Source of the DNA: an uncultured Alphaproteobacteria bacterium
Lineage (GTDB): Bacteria > Pseudomonadota > Alphaproteobacteria > Rhizobiales > Xanthobacteraceae
Length of the DNA: 64,000 bases
Direction: 5' to 3'
Assembly (NCBI GenBank): GCA_963810585.1
Contig: CAWENV010000001.1
Coordinates: 232,596-296,595 of the forward strand
Shown here one piece after another: positions 1-10,944 of the stretch. The notes under the pieces were generated by a model. The model had not been told where the DNA came from, searched no databases, and saw only the letters and a program-made list of their open reading frames with translations. Position 1 is the first letter of the stretch; each line of letters starts with the position of its first letter. The translations under genes were made by a program, and so were the position numbers.

Positions 1-1135
1 CCATGGCGGAAAGCGTCACCCCCATAGCGAGCGATCTTTTCGTTTGTGCCGTCAGCCACCGGTTGGACCGCAACGGCTGTTCCAACATTCGATAGTTTAT
101 CGCCGCCAAACCCAACGTAAACGCCGCGCACGCGAGGTGTCCCCATGTGGACAGCGACGGCAAAAGGGTCGAAGCAAAAACTATGATCGGCCAATGCCAA
201 AGGTAGATTGAATATGACCGCTGGCCGAGCCACTGGAATGGCTCTCCTCCCAATAGCGATGCCGGGCTTCGCGCGCTTTTGCCCGCTCCGGACATCAGCA
301 AGCAAGCCGTGGCTCCCGCAGGCATCAGCGCGGCAAAACCGGGGAAAACAGAGTCTTCATCAATCAGAGCGAACGACGTGAGCAACAGTAAAAATCCGCA
401 CCACCCGATAGCCGACGCGGAATTTCGGAACCAGCGGACCACTGGAGCAAATGACGCCAAGCCCCCGAGCCCAAACTCCCAAACGCGCGCGGGAGATGCG
501 TAGAATGCCCAGGCTTGCTTCGTGTGGGTCAACCAAAGGCAAAAGATAAACGAAGCAAATGATATCGAAGCAATCGCGATGAGAAGCGCGTTTCGCTGTA
601 GCTTTAAGCGGCCCACAACGAGGAACAAGACGGACCATAAAATGTAAAACTGCACTTCGACCGAAAGCGCCCACGTGTGAAGAAAGGGGTTATTGGCGTT
701 CTCCGGTGCAAAATAATCGAACCACTGTTGAAGAAACCAGAAATTGCTGACGTACAGCGACGAAGCAATCGCCGCACGAGCGGCCCGCATCTGCTCGGGC
801 GGCGGAAGAAATATCGTGGCGCACGCGAGGGTGATAACCGTAACGAGGAGCAACGTCGGTAAAAGCCGCCGCGCTCTTTTCCCGTAGAAATTCTCCAGGT
901 TGACGCGCCCGGTCTTATCAAGCTCTCCAACCAATAGCCCAGTGATCAGGTAACCCGAGACGACAAAGAATACGTCGACGCCGACGAACCCTCCCCGCAG
1001 CCATGATACTTTGAAATGAAATCCAATGATTGCGAGAATAGCGATCGCTCGGAGGCCTTCGATGTCACAGCGGAATGGCGACGCCACCAGCGCTTCTGAT
1101 CTGGACGGGTTTCGCCCTGTATTGTTCAGTCGCAT
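1..1135 (-). CDS. Acyltransferase 3 family (OafA-like) polysaccharide O-acyltransferase, runs off the left edge
   Basis: Translated manually from ATG 1135 (absent from the ORF track because no stop lies in the window): FRCDIEGLRAIAI..GGFVGVDVFFVVSGYLIT..FYGKRARRLLP..NPFLHTWALSVEVQFY, typical acyltransferase-3 motifs. Confidence 0.9.
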   Translation of the reverse strand, partial: MRLNNTGRNPSRSEALVASPFRCDIEGLRAIAILAIIGFHFKVSWLRGGFVGVDVFFVVSGYLITGLLVGELDKTGRVNLENFYGKRARRLLPTLLLVTVITLACATIFLPPPEQMRAARAAIASSLYVSNFWFLQQWFDYFAPENANNPFLHTWALSVEVQFYILWSVLFLVVGRLKLQRNALLIAIASISFASFIFCLWLTHTKQAWAFYASPARVWEFGLGGLASFAPVVRWFRNSASAIGWCGFLLLLTSFALIDEDSVFPGFAALMPAGATACLLMSGAGKSARSPASLLGGEPFQWLGQRSYSIYLWHWPIIVFASTLLPSLSTWGHLACAAFTLGLAAINYRMLEQPLRSNRWLTAQTKRSLAMGVTLSAM

Positions 1136-1275
1136 GAAATCATAGGTATGATTTGGATTCGCCAATTCGACAGTCATCGACGCGCCAAGCTGTGCGCAGA
1201 CAATTGAATCTAATCTTCGAAATTTGGGCTAAGTAAGTCGCTCGTTAGGCAACCGATTGAACCTCGAGTGCAATC

Positions 1276-2644
1276 TTACGCCAACCACTTGCGTCGATTG
1301 GGGCCCACACTCCGCGAGGCAATCGCATATGGTCTCCGCTGGAGCCGATAGGCATGCACGGTGTGGGCCACACTTTGTGCCACGTTCGTCGCTGAATCTC
1401 TAAATACGATAGACATCGAATAACCCACCAAGATCATGAAGAGGTAATCGCTCCATCCGCGCAAAGTTACGCCGTAGATGGCGGTCGTGATGTAGATCGC
1501 GACTTTGAACAAGTCATTCTCCATCAACATTCTGCGGCACTGGTAAATATAGAAAACCAAGTACGGAATTCCGAAAGTGAAATAATTGAACAAAATGAAA
1601 TTATCGACGGTCGTGAAGTACTGGGCTAGGTCAGATTGCAGCAGCCCGAAACCGAACCCGCCCAATCCGAAGCCGCTCACTATGGCAAATGGCGCCAGGC
1701 GGTCCATGAGCTCGAACGGAGCCAGAAATATCGTTGATCCGCGGTACCACAGGCTCAGAAGCGGACGCGGCACACTGTCGACGGTGTACGAAAACGCGAT
1801 GCCGATAACAGCGAGCGGCATCAACACCGCAAAAAACGAAAGCCAGAAACTCCAATTGAGGAGCGGTTGTTCGGATACCTTCCGTCGCAGATCGAACACC
1901 GTCCAAAGCGCCACATACACCAACAGACACAGCAAATTGGTGCGGCTCGTGGTTAGAAACACACCGATCGATGCGACGATCGCGCAAAAATAGAAATGGC
2001 TCTTCCGCAAGCCGAAAGACAGAAAAATAAGCAGGGTAACGATCGACGACGCTGCACCATGCTCGTCACCGCCAAAGCCAAATCCGCGAATGTCGCCGCC
2101 CGAGACCCACTGCATGCCTTTGAATTGTTGTGTGACGCCCACGCCTTCAAATTGAATGTCAGACCACGGCATCTTGCCGACAGTTGAATAGGCAACTCCG
2201 ATCACGGCGATCATCAAAAGCAGGAAAAAGAACGCCTTCATGAGCGGCCGAGTCAACAAACTGCGATCGAGCAGCAAACCGCAGAATAGAGGCACGAGTG
2301 CCTTGAATGTTGACAGTACAGAGTTCGTGCTGCCCGAAACGACGTACCCCTCGACGAGGTAGAAGAGAATCGCGGCCATGAAGATCAGGATGCGCGGACT
2401 TGTGGGCGCGTCCTTAAGCAATAGCGCGCCAAGGCACATAAGGCCGAGAATGTCGGGAATGTACCAAAGCAACTGCAGATGCGTGAGGAACAGGAAATAG
2501 CGAAATCGGCCCGAACAACGTCACCTGGCAGAGATAAGCAACCAACGTGAGGCCAGCCAAATTGCGAACGCTGATAAGATCCTCATGCGGCGAACGCCGC
2601 CTGTCGGCAGTCCTAACGTTACGATAAAGTCTGTTCGCTATCAC
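1276..2644 (-). CDS. Wzy-like polysaccharide polymerase / O-antigen ligase-like polytopic membrane protein, with one +1 frameshift near 2504
   Basis: ORF 1276..2472 is highly hydrophobic with a periplasmic loop and an RTNLL motif. Removing one T at 2503-2505 joins ORF 2414..2644 (..LTLVAYLCQVTLFGP-IRYFLFL..) to give 455 aa. Lies in a cluster with wzx/wza/wzc. Confidence 0.65.
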
Positions 2645-2680
2645 GCCGTTAGCTTCGCTCGTGCGCGTCGCATTGTCAGA

Positions 2681-3616
2681 TTATTGCTCGAAGGGCGGGG
2701 CTAATTCGGCGAGAAACGCTTCGCGCGCATAGTACAAAAACTCCTTGGGCCCCATTCCGCGCAATATCATGGTCTGCGTTAAATATTTCACGACGCCGAT
2801 GCCCAATCCGCGGCGACGCATGATCTGAAGAGTGATAAACCGCGCCCTCGTTTTCGCACTCATGCTCGCCTTGTGCTTGGCCAGAAACCGTAACGACGGC
2901 AACACTGAGACTGATATGCCGACATTCGAATTTGCAGTATCGGGTCTATAATATTTTATGGTGCCTTCGGGCAGCAGAACCATGGGCACATCGTTTTCGA
3001 TCATACGGAAAATCAAATCCCAATCCTGATGCCTGCGTAAGTGTGGGTCGAACATGAACCGTCGTGCCGTTTCGCGAGGCATCAACAATGTTGACGTCTG
3101 GAATGCCAGGGCGCCCGAAAGCACAAAGTGCAGTTTTTCCGGGACACTCCGCAGCCGTGGATATTGCTGGCCAGGCAGAACCTTCGGGTTCTTCCCTATC
3201 CTGAGCGCCGAACCGGCGACCGCAAAATCGCCCGAACGAAAGGCCGCTTCACCGACCAATATTCGCAGATGGTCCGGTTGCCATTCGTCGTCGGAATCGA
3301 GAAATGCGACATACTCACCTTTCGCCTTCATAATCCCAGCATTGCGTGCCGCCCCCCCGCCGGCGTTCCTCTCAAGCCGGATGTACACAAGTGGGATTTC
3401 TCCGGCGTAGGCCGCGATCACACTTTGCGTGTCGTCGGACGAGCAATCGTCAACGACGACGATTTCCGCGGGCTGATAAGTCTGCTCCGAGATCGAATGA
3501 ATGGCCCTCGTCAGCAATTGCGACCGATTGTAGGTCGGCACGATGGCGCTGACGGATTTCCGGACAATATAGTCTTCGGCAGGCAAAACCGCGGCTGGGA
3601 CCAACAATTGCGTCAT
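2681..3616 (-). CDS. Glycosyltransferase family 2
   Basis: VSAIVPTYNR, VVVDDCSSD, YVAFLDSDD motifs. ATG 3616 overlaps the upstream stop (ATGA). Confidence 0.9.
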   Translation of the reverse strand: MTQLLVPAAVLPAEDYIVRKSVSAIVPTYNRSQLLTRAIHSISEQTYQPAEIVVVDDCSSDDTQSVIAAYAGEIPLVYIRLERNAGGGAARNAGIMKAKGEYVAFLDSDDEWQPDHLRILVGEAAFRSGDFAVAGSALRIGKNPKVLPGQQYPRLRSVPEKLHFVLSGALAFQTSTLLMPRETARRFMFDPHLRRHQDWDLIFRMIENDVPMVLLPEGTIKYYRPDTANSNVGISVSVLPSLRFLAKHKASMSAKTRARFITLQIMRRRGLGIGVVKYLTQTMILRGMGPKEFLYYAREAFLAELAPPFEQ

Positions 3617-4299
3617 TGCCGTTTTGCGCTGAACACGAAAAACGCCTGCGAGTTGCACCACCACGGCAACGCGCGGAACGGGCTATAGAATTTTTCTTGA
3701 GCAGCAAATGCGGCGCATAAACGAGCATATAGTCGCCTTTGATCGAAGCCTTTGTGCGACCATAAGATATTCTCAGCGCGTGGCACTTGCTGACCGACGA
3801 TGCCTTTCATCATCTCCGCCACGCTGTAGTCGCTGAACCGGCGGAACAATAGCGATCGGCTCATCTCTTTGACCGGCAAAACCGCTCCCTGCATGATCGG
3901 TACAGACACGACGACCGCACCGCTCTCCCGGCACACACGCCTTCCCTCGGCGATAAATCGTTCGATCTGCACGTCGGATATGTGCTCAAGCGTTTCGAAG
4001 GCGCAATAAAGGTCAATCGAATTTGGCCGAACCTCTTCTATCGTCCGGCGGCTTTCGATTTCCGGATATTTGATCGACATGAATGGCTCGAAGGCGATCG
4101 GGCGAACGTCCGGACGCCGCATGGCAAGTCGATGAAGGAATTCACCTTGTCCCGCCCCGAAGTCGAGGATTGACCCACCGCGCGGTAGCAATCGCGCTGC
4201 CAATTCCAGCGAATTGCGATAACGCGCCTGATGAGCATACCGAACGATCGGATTCGGATGGTTCAGCGTTTGCACTTCATAGGGAATCTCTCTCGACAT
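3613..4299 (-). CDS. Class I SAM-dependent methyltransferase
   Basis: ILDFGAGQG motif I and FETLEHI motif. ATG 4299 preferred as start. Confidence 0.85.
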   Translation of the reverse strand: MSREIPYEVQTLNHPNPIVRYAHQARYRNSLELAARLLPRGGSILDFGAGQGEFLHRLAMRRPDVRPIAFEPFMSIKYPEIESRRTIEEVRPNSIDLYCAFETLEHISDVQIERFIAEGRRVCRESGAVVVSVPIMQGAVLPVKEMSRSLLFRRFSDYSVAEMMKGIVGQQVPRAENILWSHKGFDQRRLYARLCAAFAAQEKFYSPFRALPWWCNSQAFFVFSAKRQ

Positions 4300-4396
4300 G
4301 GAGTTCCTCACGTTAGGGATTCCTGGACAGGTCGTATCAAACGCGCGCACGCACGACCGCGCTCATATTTGCGGTCGGCAACGACGCGGACGCGCT

Positions 4397-5464
4397 CTAG
4401 CGTCGAACTGAAAGGCCGCTTCGAGCGGCCCTTAGGCCACCGATGTCGGCAATGAGCCCCGGCAGCCCGTCACCGACCGCATAATTAAAGCCAAAAAATA
4501 ATCGCACGGCGCCGACAACTCTTTGCAAAACATGCCGGTATGCCTCCCCCTCCCGAAACGATTTCATTTTAATTTTCTTTTGAAGGCTCGCGATCACATG
4601 TGCGCGGCGCGCCGGGCTTAATTCAAACGCAGAATTTGAAATTGCAGTGACGAGCTCCTCAATGCTCGCAACATCGAAGCAAAGCTCGATAAGCTCATCC
4701 ACCTCTTCAGAGCTGGTAAACGGGGGAATACGAATTTTTCTCACGAATTTCGTGAGTTTTCGCGGATGAGAAAGCCAACCCGATGTGTTGTTGCCGTGTA
4801 TCCTGTGCCGTATCAGAGACTGATCAATGTAAGTCCGCCGGTTGAGCGCCGTACCGATCAACGCGATCCACGCGTCATGCGCCCAGCCTGATTGCGACCT
4901 TGGCCATCCCACGCGATCGATCAACGCTTTTTGGAAGGCCATTGTGCAGCCTTTAATGCCGACGGCGCGCGAATACCCGCCTCGCCTCAGTTGATCGAAA
5001 TACGACGGGATCCCTTCGCGACCGTCATTAAACATCACAGAAAAATCATGCGAGACAACAAGACTTTTTGTGTCTCGAAAAGCGCTCGCTATGACGGCGA
5101 GTTTATTGTCTTCCCAAATGTCATCCTGATCGCAAAATGCAATGATATCTCCTTCGCATAAACACCCTGCTTTTATAAAGTTTTGTTTGTAGCCAAGCCG
5201 ACGCTCATTCGAAACAACTCGCACCGGGAACAACGCCGCTTTTTTAAAGTTTTTCAGAATGCTCAATGTGTCATCTGTCGATTGATCATCGCAGACGATC
5301 AGCTCCAGTGGCAGCCGTTTCTGCTGCGTCAGGCTCTCCAGCTGAGCTTTCAGAAATGGCGCGCCGTTATAAGTCGCCATCCCTATCGAGATTGTCGACT
5401 TATCCACGCAAGCGCCCTGCCCGAAAGTTTTCAATGCCAAATGCCGCCCGGTTTTGCCGTTCAC
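4397..5464 (-). CDS. Glycosyltransferase family 2 (rhamnosyltransferase-like)
   Basis: IGMATYNGAPFLKAQLESL, CDDQSTD, FCDQDDIW, WAHDAW, RIHGNN motifs. Confidence 0.9.
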   Translation of the reverse strand: MNGKTGRHLALKTFGQGACVDKSTISIGMATYNGAPFLKAQLESLTQQKRLPLELIVCDDQSTDDTLSILKNFKKAALFPVRVVSNERRLGYKQNFIKAGCLCEGDIIAFCDQDDIWEDNKLAVIASAFRDTKSLVVSHDFSVMFNDGREGIPSYFDQLRRGGYSRAVGIKGCTMAFQKALIDRVGWPRSQSGWAHDAWIALIGTALNRRTYIDQSLIRHRIHGNNTSGWLSHPRKLTKFVRKIRIPPFTSSEEVDELIELCFDVASIEELVTAISNSAFELSPARRAHVIASLQKKIKMKSFREGEAYRHVLQRVVGAVRLFFGFNYAVGDGLPGLIADIGGLRAARSGLSVRR

Positions 5465-6522
5465 GGTAGCTTCGGCCTACGGCACGTGAACATAATGTCA
5501 TCTCTCGCATCGGGATCCTGCCTCGCGGCTTGCTCCAATTTCTCGACTATCCGTTGATACGCGGGTGACAGTTCCGCCAATTTGAGATGGTCAGGAATCC
5601 CTTGCTCGACCGCGATACTGGCGAGAAACCGAAGTTTGATAATGGGCGCGTACGGCAAATCAACAAAATCAGTAAAGCCAAGCGAAGCCGCGCATTTCAA
5701 AAGCGCACGACGATTGAATATGACAAGGTGACGCGGAGGCTCCAGACCGCGCCAATGCCGACCGAATTGCCGGTGCCCGGGACCTGCCAGATTTGGTGTG
5801 CAAATCCACAACGTTCCTCCGGGTTTAAGAAGATTATACGCAGATTTCAATGTGTCTTGCGGATTCGGAACGTGTTCGATCACATGCGACAACGTCACAA
5901 CGTCGAAGCTTCCGGTCTGATCCGAAAAGGCCTCGATGCCGCCTTGCCGGACATCCAGCCCCCTCTCGCGCGCAGTCTCGACGACGATCGGATCGGGATC
6001 GGCACCCGTGACAGTCCAGCCGCCTTCACGAGCCAACTCTAAAAATGCGCCGCTCCCGAATCCCAAATCGAGCAAGCGGCCGCCTGCGGGAAGCCGCGGC
6101 AAATATCGCAATTGGCGATCAAAGCTAAGGCGCGCATTTGGAAGAAATTTGAAAAGGACATTGCCAACGCGGTTCGCCGGCAGGAAACGAGTGCCGTATC
6201 GCGAATTTCGATATCCATTCCCGAGGATCCGCATCAGACGCCTGACTGCGTTTAACCCCTCGGCCTTCTCGCGAACGGTTACCTCATGGGTATAGTAAAA
6301 TCGATAAGCCAGATGGATGGCCGCCGGCGACGGGCGCGGGTCGAGGTAGCCGCAGCCACAGTTGCCGCAAAGCTGAAGGGTCCAATTTCCTGGCGCGCAA
6401 AAAAATATGCGATCGGTAAGGCCTTCGTGAAGAAACGTTCGCTGGCTCGAACCGCAAACCGGGCACAACGGAACGCGTTCAAGGCCATCGACGGGCCATT
6501 TGGATGTTATGACCTGGTGCAC
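5461..6522 (-). CDS. Class I SAM-dependent methyltransferase with N-terminal Cys4 zinc ribbon
   Basis: CPVC..CGNC, LLDLGFGSG, LSHVIEHV, LKPGG, EPPRHL motifs. Confidence 0.88.
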   Translation of the reverse strand: MHQVITSKWPVDGLERVPLCPVCGSSQRTFLHEGLTDRIFFCAPGNWTLQLCGNCGCGYLDPRPSPAAIHLAYRFYYTHEVTVREKAEGLNAVRRLMRILGNGYRNSRYGTRFLPANRVGNVLFKFLPNARLSFDRQLRYLPRLPAGGRLLDLGFGSGAFLELAREGGWTVTGADPDPIVVETARERGLDVRQGGIEAFSDQTGSFDVVTLSHVIEHVPNPQDTLKSAYNLLKPGGTLWICTPNLAGPGHRQFGRHWRGLEPPRHLVIFNRRALLKCAASLGFTDFVDLPYAPIIKLRFLASIAVEQGIPDHLKLAELSPAYQRIVEKLEQAARQDPDARDDIMFTCRRPKLP

Positions 6523-6529
6523 GGTTTAT

Positions 6530-8077
6530 TTAGGCCGATATCGATTCTGACGGTGCGATGACGGTTGTTCGTCCGAACTTGTGCCAAGGCTTAAGTAAAT
6601 TGTGCAGGGATAATCCGGAAACAACGACAAGCGTACAAAACAGAAGGCCGCGAATGAGCAAGGAGTTGACAAACGACGACAGAAGAAAGCCTATGAGAAG
6701 ACCGGCGATGACTTTGTGCGCCCACTCCGAGACTCCAGCCACATCTGGAATTTTTCGCCGTACAACCTCGGTGAGCGCAATCGTGTCGATAGCGATCCGA
6801 AGGAACCAGGCCGCCGCAGTTCCGGTTATTCCGTACTTTGACGTCAGCACCCACAGCGCGATGGCATAGGGCACGATTTCTAGGAAAAGGATTTTTACCG
6901 GAAGATCGGGCCGGCCGACGCTTTGCAAAACGATGACAGACGGGCGGGCAAGGGTATTGATGACCCAACCCAGCGCAATCCAGCGAACGGCAGCCGTTGC
7001 GGCAATCCGGAAATCATCGCCCAGCCAGAACTTCAGCCCCTCTGGAGCGAGAAGAAACACGCCGCCCATCAGCGGCAACATCATGAAAAACGTTATCCGG
7101 ACGGATTTGTCGTATAGTTTGGGGAGACGCCAACGCTCGCTCTTATGGGCGGTCGTCAGTGCGGGAAACAGAACCCCCATCGCCGCAATTGGCAGTACTT
7201 GGGCACGAAAGAGCATGTCATATGGCGTGGCGTAGTGAGCCACAGCTGTCATACCCAAGGTAGCCCCAACATAAAAACGATCGATGTAAACCATGAGCGG
7301 GCCGACAACGTTGGCAACGGTGAGCCAACCGCCAAAGCTCAACAGCGGTCGAACATAAGCAGGCGCCAATTTCATCGGATGAATGAGAGACGGGCTTACG
7401 CGCGCCGCGCACGCATAATAGACCGCGAAAGCGACAACGCGGCTTGCCACCATCGTGGCCGTTGCGGCCACGAGGCTCGGCGTGAATTGCAAGCTGATGA
7501 GCGGCCCCAGAAAGGTCATGATGCCCAAGGGCACGCGCACAGCCGCAATCATCGCGAATTTCTGATGGGCCGATAAAATCCCAATAAGCGCTGACGTGGC
7601 GATGACAACAGGAATGCTGGCGGCCAAAAGCTGGAACCCGATGACGCCTTCATTTTCAAGAGCTGCGGGCACATCGAGCAATTGAAAGACGAGCGTTTTG
7701 GCAAGGAGCATCCCGACAACCATCCCGGCGATGCCTAATCCGGAAACCAGCCAAAGCGCTGTCCACATTATCTTCGGGAGATCGGCCGCCTGATCTCTTC
7801 CGAGACGCTCGGCAACCAACTTGGTCAACGCTTGGCCCAACCCCATATCAAACAGGCTGAAGTAACCAATACCAACCCAGATAATGCCAAGAAGCCCGAA
7901 ACGCTCCTTGCCCATTCCGGCGATAAGGAGCGGCACGACAAATATCGCGACCACAAGCGGAGCCGCCATGCCTCCGAAATTCCACAGCGCGTTGCGCGCC
8001 AAAATCCGGCCGGACAACACCCAGCGCAGCGAGCCGACGTCAGTGCCAACTTTCTCGTCGACGTTGGTCACGCTCAT
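6530..8077 (-). CDS. wzx: Wzx flippase (polysaccharide transporter)
   Basis: ARNALWN N-terminus, LFDMGLGQALTKLVA, DRFYVG, 12+ hydrophobic segments, 515 aa. Confidence 0.9.
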   Translation of the reverse strand: MSVTNVDEKVGTDVGSLRWVLSGRILARNALWNFGGMAAPLVVAIFVVPLLIAGMGKERFGLLGIIWVGIGYFSLFDMGLGQALTKLVAERLGRDQAADLPKIMWTALWLVSGLGIAGMVVGMLLAKTLVFQLLDVPAALENEGVIGFQLLAASIPVVIATSALIGILSAHQKFAMIAAVRVPLGIMTFLGPLISLQFTPSLVAATATMVASRVVAFAVYYACAARVSPSLIHPMKLAPAYVRPLLSFGGWLTVANVVGPLMVYIDRFYVGATLGMTAVAHYATPYDMLFRAQVLPIAAMGVLFPALTTAHKSERWRLPKLYDKSVRITFFMMLPLMGGVFLLAPEGLKFWLGDDFRIAATAAVRWIALGWVINTLARPSVIVLQSVGRPDLPVKILFLEIVPYAIALWVLTSKYGITGTAAAWFLRIAIDTIALTEVVRRKIPDVAGVSEWAHKVIAGLLIGFLLSSFVNSLLIRGLLFCTLVVVSGLSLHNLLKPWHKFGRTTVIAPSESISA

Positions 8078-8167
8078 TTTCTATCCATCGTAATAGAAGC
8101 AACGTGCCGCCCTCTCATCGAGCGCAGCATGCCAACCGAAACCGGATTTCGTTTTTTGGACAGGGTG

Positions 8168-8890
8168 TCAGTTTTTATCGTTACGCCGGCCGATGAAAAC
8201 TTTTTCACCGCGGCTCAGGCCGTGCTTGCTGACATAAGGCTCGACGGCCGTAAATTCGGTGAGCTCGAAGCCTGCACCGACAATGCTCTTTCGCACGTCT
8301 CGACCATAAAATTGAAGATGATCACGCTGACCAAAATGCAGCTCCCTGTCCTCTGGCGCATTCACCATCGGGTTCCGGTAGGTCTGGTCCCACCCTTCGA
8401 TGATCGGAAACATCAACAACAAGAACCCATCCTGCCGCAGTATACGTCTCAGCTGTGATAGAGACCGGTCCGGATTCACGTGTTCTAGGACATGGCTGCA
8501 GATGATGAGGTCAACCGACCTCTCCGGCAAAGCGATGTCTTCGATGTTCAGCACCAGGTCTGCATATCTCGGATCCAAATCGGCCGTTCTGTAAGTTCGT
8601 GCCAGCGGTTTCACCTTCGCCGTTACGATGCTTTCAGGTGCAAAGTGCAACAGATCCTTGCCGGCCACCTTCTCCTTATTCTCGTCGAGCCAAAGTCCAA
8701 ACAGACGATGCCTCTCCAGAGAGCCGCAGCTTGGACAATACGCGTCGAACCGAGGCGGAAAACCGTATGCGACAAACTTGCCGTGAAAGCCGCAGAGATT
8801 GCAGTGCCGAGGATGGTTCCCGAGCATTTTTCGGGCAACTTTCCCCATGTATGGCACCATACGTACGTATGAACCAAGAACCGTCGGCAT
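8168..8890 (-). CDS. SAM-dependent methyltransferase (type 11-like) with CxxC motifs
   Basis: CNLC..CPSCGSLERHR, LHFAPE, ICSHVLEHV, FGQRDH motifs. Confidence 0.85.
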   Translation of the reverse strand: MPTVLGSYVRMVPYMGKVARKMLGNHPRHCNLCGFHGKFVAYGFPPRFDAYCPSCGSLERHRLFGLWLDENKEKVAGKDLLHFAPESIVTAKVKPLARTYRTADLDPRYADLVLNIEDIALPERSVDLIICSHVLEHVNPDRSLSQLRRILRQDGFLLLMFPIIEGWDQTYRNPMVNAPEDRELHFGQRDHLQFYGRDVRKSIVGAGFELTEFTAVEPYVSKHGLSRGEKVFIGRRNDKN

Positions 8891-8966
8891 GCTGCTCCTT
8901 CCGGCGACGTTAATTATTGTCGAGAAAGTTCATTTAACGGGGCGGCCATTTTCGCACGCTATCCAA

Positions 8967-10927
8967 CTAGTGTGGCAAGTTGTCGGTGCACAGACTGGCA
9001 GCCATCCGCGCAAATTGGCCGCGCCGCGGAAGCTCGTCGGCCCGAACGACTGTTTCTTTACCGTCGATGCTAGAATCCAGGTGCACAGTGTAGATCGCGT
9101 CTGGGCGGAATGATTCTTCGGCATAGCTGAGCGCGAGCCGCCCATCTTTGTTGACAAATGCTGGCATCTGCGTGGGGCCGCCAAAAACGCGATAGATGAA
9201 CCCGCCGACAACTTCTGTATTCGCTCCGTTCGTCGATTGAATTAGCGTGTTGGTTTGCTCTGTTTTTGCGCCCAGTATCCAAAGCGGCGCGCCGTCATTG
9301 CTAATCCGGATGGTTGGACCTTCGGCATTGAGCTGGCGAAACCAGAGCCCAGCTTTGCCGAACACCTGCGTATGACCCGCTGAAGTGTTGTCGGCAAACA
9401 CCGGACCGCCCGTGGCACGCCGGTACAGCAATCCGGCCCCCAAGAGCGCAACGATATCCGACATTATAAGGGGCGCATTTGCCGCGTGATCGACGACGAC
9501 CGCCATGTTGCCGCGCCGCTCGACAGTCAGCCGACGAATAAACAACGGCTTGGTCCGCGTCGACCCCGTGCGAAATAGCGCTGATGGAACGCCGGTGATC
9601 GGATGCGGGTCGTTTCCTATATTTATGACGGAGAACAGCCCCTCGATCCGCTCGATGTTGTCTGCAACGACAAACGGCTTGCTGACCGCATATTGGCCGG
9701 TCGGAATATAGATCACGCGAGCCCCGCTATTGAATGCTGCCTGAAATGCGGCCGTGGAATTGGCTCCGCGATCGGCGACGGCACCAAATTTTTGAACGCT
9801 GACCCATTCCTCGACAGGAACGGGTTCGGGCTTTGGCGGGGAAAGAACTTTTAACTTCCAGGGCGGAATTCGATACTTTTTTGCTTCCCTGGAAAACACC
9901 ATCAAGCGTCGTATCAATCGCGTTGTCCTCCGAACCCTTAAAATTTTCAGATGTAACGTTCTTGAAATTGATCGCACCCCTGTTGAGCAAAGCGCTCTTC
10001 CCTTGGCCACTTATAACCGCTCCGATTCCAACGATCAGCCCGTCGGGAGCGATGTTCGCCAGGCCATACCCTCCTTCGGCCATGACCTGAAGATCGTGGA
10101 AACTAATGACGTTCGAATTGTTGCGAACGCCATAAAGCTTTGCCCCCTCAATGCGCACGCGATCAAGAAGTCATGGAATAATTTGAATAGGCGACGTCGA
10201 TACCGATATCGAATCCCGCGATCATCACATTGTCGATCAGCGCCGGACCTGGCCAGCGGCGGGCCATCGACAGGCCGACGGCTGCACGGCCGGGCGCTGT
10301 GATCGTAACGTTCCGGACTGCACCGACATTGTTGGCTAGAAAATCAATCCCGATGGCTCCAGGGTTGCCGTTACCAACGTCGATCGTGAGATTTTCGACG
10401 GTATTGCCGAAGGCTTCGTTGCCCTCGCCCCGGCTCACATAATCTCGTCCACCATCCGTCGGGTTCTTCATGAACCGGAGACCTGAACTGGTAAAAACGA
10501 CGGCTTTCGGATGCGTTGGATCATCGAAACCCGCCGCACCGTTTGTGAGCTTGATTGTTGTCGTCGCTCTGTCTTCCCCAATCAAAATCAAGTCAGGCTG
10601 AAAGGCGCCATCAGCATCCTTCCGCAGAATCGTATCTGAAACGCGGTAGATGCCTGCCGGGAAATAGATAATGCGAGTCAGATATGGAAGCTCTTTGACG
10701 TACGCCGGAAGTTCCGAGATTGCGCGGAGGATTGCATTCGTATCATCCGCGACACCATCGCCAACGGCACCAAACTGACGCACGTTGAAAAGTCCGGAAT
10801 CCGGCGGAAACGGGCCGCCTTCTTGCGAGCGCGCTGGAGCAAAGCCGCTGAGAATTGTCGAGCAGAACCCGAGGCCCAGTACGCAAGTGGCTTCGCGTCG
10901 AGTCGATCCGTTACCAACAGCGGACAC
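8967..10927 (-). CDS. Tat-exported pectate-lyase-3 / GH28-related beta-helix protein of about 652 aa, split by two +1 frameshifts (about 10168 and 9862)
   Basis: ORFs 10163..10927, 9727..10158 and 8967..10010 join after removing 2 nt (1959 nt = 653 codons). Two N-terminal beta-helix motifs: FNVRQFGAVGDGVADDT..IYFPAGIY and VSVQKFGAVAD..IYIPTGQY. STRREA twin-arginine leader. Confidence 0.8.
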
Positions 10928-10944
10928 TATTCAATCCTGCGATT

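Noticed and set aside
2473-2586. Alternative wzy start at ATG 2586 with an in-frame TGA at 2521-2523
   Set aside because: A single +1 correction at about 2504 gives a better transmembrane N-terminus from 2644 and matches the window's error pattern.
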